From assembly GCA_045587965.1 (NCBI GenBank), contig JAZNDH010000001.1, positions 7,165 to 31,164 on the forward strand: 24,000 bases of DNA. The letters are read 5' to 3'. The DNA is from Congzhengia sp. GTDB taxonomy: Bacteria > Bacillota > Clostridia > UBA1381 > UBA9506. The notes under the pieces were generated by a model. The model saw only the letters and a program-made list of their open reading frames with translations, was not told the origin of the DNA and searched no databases. A program made the position numbers and the translations under genes. Shown piece by piece: positions 13,890 to 21,934 of this stretch; position 1 is the stretch's first letter, and each line of letters opens with the position of its first letter.

Positions 13890-13991
13890 ACATCAAGTTT
13901 TATGTTATTTTGATTTCGTTGTTTTAATCAAAACGGCTTGATTATGCGTTTTATTTGCCTTGTGTGGTGTGCGCATTTTGCTACAGTCCTT

Positions 13992-15824
13992 TTAATTTTT
14001 TACAGGGTTATATGTCGGAACTACTGATTCTAATACAGCCTTTATTTCTTCATCGCTCTTATCAAGACTTGATTCCAATGCGGAAAGCTTTTCATTCAAA
14101 GTTTTTATATCAATATCTATTGGCTTTCCTACAAATATTTTACTGTGTGATGTGTTTTTAAGTCCTTCTTCGTTCATCAAAAGCTCTTCGTAAAGCTTTT
14201 CGCCCTCTCTTAATCCTGTAAACTCAATTTTTATATCTTCATCAGGAACAAACCCCGAAAGCCTTATGAGTTTTTTTGCTAAATCGTATATTTTCACAGG
14301 CTCGCCCATATTAAGAACAAAGATTTCTCCACCTTTAGCATAGCTCGCCGCCTGGAGCACAAGCTGAGCTGCTTCCGGTATTGTCATAAAAAATCTTGTT
14401 ATTTCAGGATGTGTTACAGTTACGGGACCGCCATTCGCTATTTGCCTTTTAAATGTTGGGACAACTGAGCCGTGAGAACCTAAAACATTACCAAAACGGA
14501 CAGCAACAAACTCTGTTTTGCCTTGCTTTGAAAAGGTTTGTACAATCATTTCGCACATTCTTTTTGTTGCGCCCATAACATTTGTCGGGTTAACCGCTTT
14601 ATCCGTAGAAATCATAACAAACCGCGAAGCACCGTGTGTAATTGCACAATTTGCCACATTAAATGTACCAAATACATTGTTTTTAATTGCCTCTTTAGGC
14701 GAAAATTCCATCAGCGGCACGTGTTTATGTGCTGCAGCGTGAAATACTATTTCAGGCTTATATGTTTTAAAAATTTCATTAAGTCTTTTCTTATCACGTA
14801 TTGAGCCTATAACAACATTTATATTTCCTTTTCCGTATAGAGCTTCCAGTTCTGTTTGTAATTCATACGTAGTGTTTTCATAAATGTCTAATATAACTAA
14901 ATTCTTTGGCTCATATTTCATAATCTGACGGCAAAGCTCAGAACCAATCGAGCCACCACCACCTGTTACCAAAACAGTCTTTCTGCAAATATCGTCAAAA
15001 ATTGCTTTGTTGTCCAAAACTACCGTTTCACGCTCAAGTAAGTCCTCGATTTCGACGTCTCTGATTTTTGCAAGGTCAATTTCCCCTGACAGCATTTCGG
15101 CAACACCGGGAATTATTTTAACCTTACAGCCTGTTTTACTGCATATATCAAGAATAGTACGCTTCTCATCAGGCGGTAAATCGTGAATGGCAAAAATTAT
15201 TTCTTCCACTTCTTTGGTTAAACAAATGCTTAAAATGCTATCTCTGTTACCAAGAACCTGCGTGCCGTAAATACGTGTTTTTAATTTATTTTTATCGTCG
15301 TCGATTAAACCTACAACATCATATTTTAAAAGCTTATTTGCTGCAATTTCTCTTAATAAGGTTACCGCAAGATGTCCCGCACCTATTATTAAAACTTTAG
15401 TGTTCTTCTCTTTATTAAAAGCATTATTCATATTATTGCTTAATCTTATGAAAAACCTTACAGCGCATATAAATGCAAATATAAGTACGTTTGCTGCAAG
15501 ATTTACTTTCGGTGCAAATACTGTAATAGGAAGCACCAAGCTTATAATACTATTAAGTATAGTGGCTAACGTACAAGCAGAAATCAAAACTGTATAGTCC
15601 TTTGCACCGGCGTGCACCCAGTGTGTTCTGTACATGTTACCTATATACAAAAGGAATATGTACACTAAGGCTGAGCAGGCTATTATAGGCAATCCGTCAA
15701 TAATTTTTTCAGTTATATTGCTCACATCATACCCTAAAAGGAGCACAGCCACATAAGACAACCAACATAACAGTATATCAATAATAAATAAATATCTGTT
15801 TCTTATTACAACCTCTTTCATCAT
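13992..15824 (-). CDS. Membrane-anchored CapD/PglF/WbpM-family NDP-sugar 4,6-dehydratase
   Basis: Four N-terminal TM helices. Two Rossmann motifs (VLIIGAGHLA, VLVTGGGGSIGSEL). MISTDKAVNPTNVMGATKR catalytic block. Confidence 0.85.
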   Translation of the reverse strand: MMKEVVIRNRYLFIIDILLCWLSYVAVLLLGYDVSNITEKIIDGLPIIACSALVYIFLLYIGNMYRTHWVHAGAKDYTVLISACTLATILNSIISLVLPITVFAPKVNLAANVLIFAFICAVRFFIRLSNNMNNAFNKEKNTKVLIIGAGHLAVTLLREIAANKLLKYDVVGLIDDDKNKLKTRIYGTQVLGNRDSILSICLTKEVEEIIFAIHDLPPDEKRTILDICSKTGCKVKIIPGVAEMLSGEIDLAKIRDVEIEDLLERETVVLDNKAIFDDICRKTVLVTGGGGSIGSELCRQIMKYEPKNLVILDIYENTTYELQTELEALYGKGNINVVIGSIRDKKRLNEIFKTYKPEIVFHAAAHKHVPLMEFSPKEAIKNNVFGTFNVANCAITHGASRFVMISTDKAVNPTNVMGATKRMCEMIVQTFSKQGKTEFVAVRFGNVLGSHGSVVPTFKRQIANGGPVTVTHPEITRFFMTIPEAAQLVLQAASYAKGGEIFVLNMGEPVKIYDLAKKLIRLSGFVPDEDIKIEFTGLREGEKLYEELLMNEEGLKNTSHSKIFVGKPIDIDIKTLNEKLSALESSLDKSDEEIKAVLESVVPTYNPVKN

Positions 15825-15853
15825 TTACCTCTTTTGTTACTTTTATATAAGCT

Positions 15854-17080
15854 TTAATTGAGCATACCGTAAAGCACGTCAATTTGCTTTTTTACACATT
15901 TTTCCTTTGAAACGTTGTTAATAACGTACTCTCGCCCATTTTTTCCCATGATTGAATAATCATTCTCTGCCATTTTTAAGATAGCTTCTTTCAGCTCCTG
16001 TTTGTTGTCAGGATTAACGCATATACCGCAGTCGTTTTCTTCTAATATTCTACAAAGCTCGCTATCTTTATCAAACGATGCTAAAATCGGACGTTTAGCT
16101 GACATATAACTCCATGTTTTACTCGGCACAGAATTGCTCCCTACCCCTGCCTTTGAAATTAAAAGTCCGACATTGCCAAGACTGAATACATAAGAAATAT
16201 CTTCATAGGGTTGGAACGGAATCAGCGTAACATTGGAAAGTTTCTTTTCAGCAACAATTCTTTCTACTTCTTTTTTATAAGCACCATCGCCTACTATAAT
16301 TATTCCTATATTGTCATAACCCTTTAATTCTTCTGCTACTTCTAAGAGCATATCCATATTTTGTGTATAACCAACATTTCCGCTGTATGAAACATAAAAC
16401 TTTTCTCTGTCTAACCCATACTCATCAAAGAGCTTATTTTCGCTTCTTTCTATGCTAACAACTGCATTTTCATCAACCCAGTTACGAACTATTTCTATTT
16501 TTTCTTCAGGTACGCCTTTTTTCATAATATTATCTTTGAAATCTTGTGAAATAACTATGATTTTATCGGCAGACCTATATGTTATTTTTTCTATCCATGC
16601 ACCTATTTTCCAAAGAATTGAGCCTTTATGAGTCATTCCTGTGTTAACTAATGAATCAGGAAAAATATCCTGTAAATTATAAACGGTTTTAAACTTTTTA
16701 ATTTTTTTCAAAACCGCCATTAAAAGACCATTTATCGGCGGTGTGCTTGACACATAATAAATATCGATATCCTTTGCAGAAAGTCCGTTGAAAAAATTTC
16801 TTATTAAGCACAAGGTATAACGAAAAGCACGGAGCAAGCTGTTTTTAGGCTCTGAAAACATTAAAAATCTGTGAATTTTTACAGTTCCATTATAGAGCTC
16901 TTCATACTTTATTTTTTTATACTTTTTTCTTGTTTCTGCATCTATCCCACGGGTTGGAGTCGGGGTATAAATTTCCGATATAATTCCCGCTTTTTCATAA
17001 GCCTCGTTTACATCATTTATTAAGTGACTTGGGGCAACCTGTTCAGGAAAACAATAGGTTGCAAGCCTTAAAACTTTCAT
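15854..17080 (-). CDS. GT4-family glycosyltransferase (WbuB/WcaI-like)
   Basis: MKVLRLATYCFPEQVAP N-terminus and C-terminal GT-B region (GIIIVGDGAYK ... NSVPSKTWSYMSAKRPILA). ATG 17080 was chosen (4 nt after the upstream stop). The track start at 17113 would overlap the upstream gene by 29 nt. Confidence 0.8.
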   Translation of the reverse strand: MKVLRLATYCFPEQVAPSHLINDVNEAYEKAGIISEIYTPTPTRGIDAETRKKYKKIKYEELYNGTVKIHRFLMFSEPKNSLLRAFRYTLCLIRNFFNGLSAKDIDIYYVSSTPPINGLLMAVLKKIKKFKTVYNLQDIFPDSLVNTGMTHKGSILWKIGAWIEKITYRSADKIIVISQDFKDNIMKKGVPEEKIEIVRNWVDENAVVSIERSENKLFDEYGLDREKFYVSYSGNVGYTQNMDMLLEVAEELKGYDNIGIIIVGDGAYKKEVERIVAEKKLSNVTLIPFQPYEDISYVFSLGNVGLLISKAGVGSNSVPSKTWSYMSAKRPILASFDKDSELCRILEENDCGICVNPDNKQELKEAILKMAENDYSIMGKNGREYVINNVSKEKCVKKQIDVLYGMLN

Positions 17081-17084
17081 ATTT

Positions 17085-18188
17085 TTATCTTCTTTCAATA
17101 TTAAATATTTCATTTAGCACTTCGTCAGTCAAATCGCCAAACAGCGGACCGTTTGAAAACTGATGAAGATTGATACCGCCGTTCCTCATATTTGCTTCAA
17201 TTAAAACAGCATCACCGTTTTCATCTATCGCTATATCCCATGATACCAAACGAAAATGCCCGATTATTGGATGAGCTTTTTTAATAAGTTCTATTGCTTT
17301 ATCATATCCAGGAACTTTGTATCCTTTAAAAGTTAGCCCCTGTGGGTGTGTATCAAATTTATTCCCGCTATAATAAGAAAAAGCATACTCTTTAAGTGTT
17401 CCATCATCACGAATACCACAGCTTATTCCGCCAGCAGTTACATTATCAACTCTTGAGCCATCTGTACCCATTCTGAGACACGAAGATAAAATATGAACAC
17501 CCTCGTCCATAAGAACAGATACTATTCTTATTGTATTAAGCGAAGATTTATGTACTCTGTTTAACTCATGATGTTGATTTATAACAGCTTGAACAATGTA
17601 GTCTTTCTGTGCTTTATCTTCTAAAAATGCAATTATTTCATCATATTTTTCTGCTACTGACCAAAAACGAATACCTCTTCCGCTTCCGGTCTCTAATGTA
17701 GGTTTACAAATTACCTCAGATTTACTTTTAATCAAATCAACTGCTTTTCCCACAGAAATTTGCTTATAATCTTCATCAAAAAGCATTCCCTTGATTTTTC
17801 TGACCAAAGTTTTAGGTTGTTTTATTCCTGCAAAAATAAGACTGTAATAATTTTTATCGTTAAAACCCCAACCAAGCTTTCTGTCGTTAAAATGTTGGTC
17901 AATAGTTGTATAAATCAGCGTATTTGGAATATATCTATGGTCATAAATCTGATTCTGCGAAGCATAATACCACGCAAATTTTACACCTTCATTTGCAATC
18001 CTTAAAGGCACGAATTTTGCCCAATACTCAACATATTGATGTTTAAAATCTCGTGGAATAGGCTCTTTTGTCATATATCTTTTTAATACTCTGCGTTCTT
18101 GTGCTCTGTTTATAAAATTTGCGCAAGTAGTTTCTGCACCATCAAATATACGCCAATATAGTTCTCTGGCTTTTTTACTGACTGCCAT
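17085..18188 (-). CDS. Sugar-transfer-associated ATP-grasp (ATPgrasp_ST-like) amidoligase
   Basis: ICKPTLETGSGRGIRF, SLNTIRIVSV, RVDNVTAGGISCGI and VLIEANMRNGG resemble the ATPgrasp_ST family pattern. AAGGTGGTG RBS lies 8 nt before ATG 18188. Confidence 0.6.
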   Translation of the reverse strand: MAVSKKARELYWRIFDGAETTCANFINRAQERRVLKRYMTKEPIPRDFKHQYVEYWAKFVPLRIANEGVKFAWYYASQNQIYDHRYIPNTLIYTTIDQHFNDRKLGWGFNDKNYYSLIFAGIKQPKTLVRKIKGMLFDEDYKQISVGKAVDLIKSKSEVICKPTLETGSGRGIRFWSVAEKYDEIIAFLEDKAQKDYIVQAVINQHHELNRVHKSSLNTIRIVSVLMDEGVHILSSCLRMGTDGSRVDNVTAGGISCGIRDDGTLKEYAFSYYSGNKFDTHPQGLTFKGYKVPGYDKAIELIKKAHPIIGHFRLVSWDIAIDENGDAVLIEANMRNGGINLHQFSNGPLFGDLTDEVLNEIFNIERR

Positions 18189-18213
18189 TAATATTACACC
18201 ACCTTATAAACTT

Positions 18214-18888
18214 TCAAACAGATGGAATATTGGTATTCGCATTTGTATTTGTATAAATATTATCCCGCTTTAAAACTGAGATTATTGTTTTAAAGAATAT
18301 TTTAATATCAAGCCATAGTGAAACGTTGTGCGCATACCAGGCATCATACAACCTTTTTTCTCTTACACCTAAGCTGTTTCTGTAATAGGCCTGAGTATAA
18401 CCGCTGATACCGGGTTTAACCAACAGCTTGTCTTTTTCATCCTCTTTGTAAGTGTCCTTTGATTCAACATCGCCCGCTCTTGGGCCAATTAAGCTCATAT
18501 CCCCACAAAAAACATTGAAGATTTGTGGAAGCTCATCTATGCTGCTCGCTCTTAAAAAACGACCGATTTTTGTTACTCTTGAATCGTTTTCGGCATTAAA
18601 TGTGCTGCCGTCTTCATTACGCAAATCCGGTGCATTTACCCGCATAGAGCGAAATTTTAACATACCGAATTCCTTAAAATTTTTTCCTATACGGCATGAA
18701 TGATAAAAAACTGGGCCTTTGTCTTCTATTTTAATTAAAATGCCAACGGGGACTGTTAAAAGTAATACGAATGGTATTACTAAAACACAAAACAATATAT
18801 CAACAAAGCGTTTAAATACGATTTGATAAAAACCATTGTGATTTTTTTTGTGTTTTGTTTCGTTAAACATTTTTTCTGCTTCAAGCAT
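18214..18888 (-). CDS. Small monotopic phosphoglycosyl transferase (bacterial sugar transferase, PglC/WecP-like)
   Basis: One N-terminal hydrophobic helix, then KFRSMRVNA, DSRVTKIGRFLRASSIDELPQIFNVFCGDMSLIGPRA (Bac_transf signature). Confidence 0.85.
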   Translation of the reverse strand: MLEAEKMFNETKHKKNHNGFYQIVFKRFVDILFCVLVIPFVLLLTVPVGILIKIEDKGPVFYHSCRIGKNFKEFGMLKFRSMRVNAPDLRNEDGSTFNAENDSRVTKIGRFLRASSIDELPQIFNVFCGDMSLIGPRAGDVESKDTYKEDEKDKLLVKPGISGYTQAYYRNSLGVREKRLYDAWYAHNVSLWLDIKIFFKTIISVLKRDNIYTNTNANTNIPSV

Positions 18889-18898
18889 ATATAAACCC

Positions 18899-20569
18899 CT
18901 AATTAAATATAGTATTTCTTATTTCAGAAAGTGCGTTTTCTGCCTTTTTAATTGCATCTTCCACATTATTATCGGTTGCTACAATATACCCGCAACCATC
19001 TAAATTTGTATGGTACTCATTAACAATATCGCCCAATTTCAAATGGTGTTCAATTAAAACATCATATTTTTCTTCTAATGCTTTTATATCAGGCATTGTC
19101 TTAACGACACCGCTATCAAACGCCAATAATCTTGTTGCTACGGCACTTTTTTCAGACTCATCAAAACTTACACAATCTCCAACGGCATTAGAAATCATAG
19201 CCGCCATATAATCAATTCCTGTACCTGCCTGTATGATATGTGAGCCTATCAGGTTTCCGCCCATACGAGCACCAATATCAATTATATGTACGTCACCCTT
19301 TTCAGTAATCAGCATATCCATATTGACTGAACCAAAATTTATTCCTAAGGCTTTAATTGCTTTTTTAACGCAATCCCGCGCCTTTTTTTCAATTTCAGGC
19401 GGTAAATCGTTTGGAATAGCGTGTCCTAACTCTGCATAATATGGAGGCTCTGTCATCCATTTTTGCATAATTGCTAAAATATGTGGTTCTCCATTTACAA
19501 CAAGACTTTCAGCACCATATTCCTTGCCGTCAATAAAGGCTTCTATGGTTGCTCTTCCTGTAATTGATGACTCCATTGCGACTTTACAAGCATCAAAAAG
19601 TTCTTCTTTTTTATCTACTCTTGATGCACCGCGAGAGCCTGAGCCATCACAGGGCTTAACCATTACAGGATAGCTTAATATTTCAGAAAGTTCTGAAATG
19701 TCAGTTTTTTCATTTACTTCGTGGGCTTTTTGGGTATCATCCACATTATTTTCAAATAAACATTTTCTTGTTTCATATTTGTTTTTTATAATCTTTGCCA
19801 CAGAATATTTTAAGCCTAAAAGACCCATTTCCTGTGCAATATACGAAGCGGTTAAAACACCATAATCGGTTGCTGCTGTTAAAATGCCGTCAATATTTTC
19901 TTTTTTTGCATATTCTAAACACGCTTTTTCATCTACAATGCTTATAACAGCGTGGTCATCGGCATACAAAAATCCTTCGGCATCGGGATTTGCATCTACA
20001 GCAAGAACTGTGTACCCCATTTCCTTTGCTTTTTTTATTACAAAGGTCTGTAAAAAGCCTGCTCCGATTACCAACAATTTCTTTTTACCTGTTTTACTTA
20101 GCAGTTCTTTTTTCATTTTGTATTCAGTATATTTTCGTGTTTTGGTCTCTCCACATAAAACATATCCTTTATGCAAATAAAAATTCTTTGCGTGTTCACT
20201 TTTGTCATATACTTCCATTGTTACAGCAACGCATTCCATTTCCTTTGCAATATGCTCAATTTTACTCATACACCAAGAACCTATTCCCTTGCCTGAATAT
20301 TCCGGAAGTGTTGCCAGTTTTTGAAAACGAAGCTCTTTATCATTCTTTTTAATTTTAAATGTAGCAATTGGCACACCATCATAAGCTAAGTAGGTTTGTC
20401 CGCCAAAAAGCCCTAAAACCACTATAGCAAGCGTTTTAATTTTAGAGTTGTCCCAATGATGAATATTGTATTTTTTTGCCATATCCTTACCGCATTGATA
20501 AAGAATATTTGCCGTTTGTATCATTCTTACAGGGTGTAAAAATGATACTTTTTTATACTCATAATTCAT
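18899..20569 (-). CDS. Fusion protein: N-terminal GNAT acetyltransferase + C-terminal ATP-grasp carboxylate-amine ligase (L-amino-acid-ligase-like)
   Basis: GNAT motif A at aa ~85-130 (LATLPEYSGKGIGSWCM ... NFYLHKGY). From aa ~165, KKLLVIGAGFLQTFVIKKAKEMGY, YPVMVKPCDGSGSRGASRV and VNMDMLITEKGDVHIIDIGARMGGN are typical of ATP-grasp_4-type ligases. Confidence 0.7.
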   Translation of the reverse strand: MNYEYKKVSFLHPVRMIQTANILYQCGKDMAKKYNIHHWDNSKIKTLAIVVLGLFGGQTYLAYDGVPIATFKIKKNDKELRFQKLATLPEYSGKGIGSWCMSKIEHIAKEMECVAVTMEVYDKSEHAKNFYLHKGYVLCGETKTRKYTEYKMKKELLSKTGKKKLLVIGAGFLQTFVIKKAKEMGYTVLAVDANPDAEGFLYADDHAVISIVDEKACLEYAKKENIDGILTAATDYGVLTASYIAQEMGLLGLKYSVAKIIKNKYETRKCLFENNVDDTQKAHEVNEKTDISELSEILSYPVMVKPCDGSGSRGASRVDKKEELFDACKVAMESSITGRATIEAFIDGKEYGAESLVVNGEPHILAIMQKWMTEPPYYAELGHAIPNDLPPEIEKKARDCVKKAIKALGINFGSVNMDMLITEKGDVHIIDIGARMGGNLIGSHIIQAGTGIDYMAAMISNAVGDCVSFDESEKSAVATRLLAFDSGVVKTMPDIKALEEKYDVLIEHHLKLGDIVNEYHTNLDGCGYIVATDNNVEDAIKKAENALSEIRNTIFN

Positions 20570-20570
20570 T

Positions 20571-21779
20571 TTATTTCACCGTATATTCTGCAAGAATTTT
20601 TGTATATGTATTAATTACATAATCCACTTCATCATCTGTCAATTTGGTGTGAAGTGGCAGTGATATTTCATTTTCAAACTGCTTATAAGCGTTTGGAAAA
20701 TCTTTTATATCAAAACCTAAATTCTTATATGCTGTATGCATTGGGAGTGGCTTAAAATGAACATTGCAAGCAATCCCCTGCTCTGCCATTTTTGTTATAA
20801 TTTCATTTCTTTTATCAAGTGTAACTCCCGGGATTCTTGTAAGGTAGAGATGTCCCGATGATTTTACATCATCAGTATAATGAGAAATCGTTTCCACTCC
20901 AAGCGGTTTGAGTGATGCATCGTACTTTTTGATAATTTCTTTTCTTCTTTTCAGCAATTCTTCATATCTTTCGAGCTGACCAAGACCGATTGCTGACATA
21001 ATGTCCGTCATATTACATTTATATGCAGGGGAAACTATATCATATTCCCATGCGCCGAGCTTGGTTTTTGCTAAAGCGTCTTTTGATTGCCCGTGGAGAG
21101 ACAAAAGCATAAACTCCTTATAAATTTCTTCGTTGTCAACGCCATTTAGATCTTTCCAGGTCAGTGCACCGCCCTCAGCGGTAGTCAAGTTTTTAACAGC
21201 ATGGAATGAAAAGCTTGTAAAATCTGCACATTCTCCGCTCTTTTTGTTTTTATATGATGCACCAAAGCCGTGAGCAGAGTCTGCTAAAATTAAAACTCTT
21301 CCCAATGCTTTTTGGTATTTGCTTTGCGGTTTAAAGATTGCTTTTTTACGTTCAACGATTTTTAAAATTCTATCGTAATCGCACATCACACCTGCTATAT
21401 CTACAGGAATTATAGCTTTTGTTCTTTCGGTTATAGCATTTTCTAATTTTTCATAATCCATCTCGTAGCTGTCGGGAGCGGTATCTACCAAAACTACCTT
21501 TGCCCCAATGTGACAAATTACGCTGGCACTGGCTGTGTATGTATAAGCAGAAGTAATAACCTCGTCCCCTTCGCCTATTTCAAACAGACGTAAAATCATT
21601 TCCATACAAGCTGTGGCTGAATTTAAGCATACGGCTTTTTTAGTTCCGCAAAAATTTGCTATTTTATTTTCAAATTCCTTGGTTTTAGGACCTGTTGTTA
21701 TCCAACCGCTTTTTAAAACTTCTACAACTTTATCAATTTCGTTTTGTGAAATATCCGGCGGAGAAAATGGAATATTCAT
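20571..21779 (-). CDS. DegT/DnrJ/EryC1/StrS-family PLP-dependent sugar aminotransferase (PglE-like)
   Basis: SGWITTGPKTKEFE, DSAHGFGA, and SFHAVKNLTTAEGG (PLP lysine context). The track start at 21788 is GTG next to GGAG; ATG 21779 was chosen. Confidence 0.85.
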   Translation of the reverse strand: MNIPFSPPDISQNEIDKVVEVLKSGWITTGPKTKEFENKIANFCGTKKAVCLNSATACMEMILRLFEIGEGDEVITSAYTYTASASVICHIGAKVVLVDTAPDSYEMDYEKLENAITERTKAIIPVDIAGVMCDYDRILKIVERKKAIFKPQSKYQKALGRVLILADSAHGFGASYKNKKSGECADFTSFSFHAVKNLTTAEGGALTWKDLNGVDNEEIYKEFMLLSLHGQSKDALAKTKLGAWEYDIVSPAYKCNMTDIMSAIGLGQLERYEELLKRRKEIIKKYDASLKPLGVETISHYTDDVKSSGHLYLTRIPGVTLDKRNEIITKMAEQGIACNVHFKPLPMHTAYKNLGFDIKDFPNAYKQFENEISLPLHTKLTDDEVDYVINTYTKILAEYTVK

Positions 21780-21835
21780 ACCAAACACACTCCAAAATAA
21801 TACTATTTACCCACAATAATGACAATTATACTATA

Positions 21836-21864
21836 ATTTTAATATAAAAAAACAATTTTGTCAA
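21836..21864 (-). promoter_or_regulatory. Promoter of the glycan operon, overlapped by an 11-bp inverted repeat
   Basis: Minus strand: TTGACA (21864-21859), 17 nt, TAAAAT (21841-21836). The inverted repeat AACAATTTTGT (21851-21861) / ACAAAATTGTT (21873-21883) spans the -35. Confidence 0.5.
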
Positions 21865-21895
21865 CAAATTGCACAAAATTGTTATTATTTTCTAT

Positions 21896-21923
21896 AAAAA
21901 AACCGTCAGTATAACTGACGGTT
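21896..21923 (-). terminator. Rho-independent terminator after the CofE-like gene
   Basis: AACCGTCAGT (21901-21910) / ACTGACGGTT (21914-21923), with a T-run on the minus strand (21902-21896). Confidence 0.65.
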
Positions 21924-21934
21924 TTGATTCTTCA

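Noticed and set aside
13733-13927. 64-aa plus-strand ORF across the GC-rich intergenic segment
   Set aside because: It has a non-ATG start, no RBS and an Arg-rich translation that simply mirrors the GC-rich hairpins. The region is better explained as structured RNA or DNA.
14518-21819. Numerous 62-120-aa plus-strand ORFs within the glycan operon (14518-14742, 14538-14804, 15400-15597, 17760-18005, 18452-18703, 19233-19439, 19884-20180, 19990-20352, 21613-21819)
   Set aside because: All are embedded antisense in long minus-strand genes with clear family motifs. None has a convincing RBS or start.
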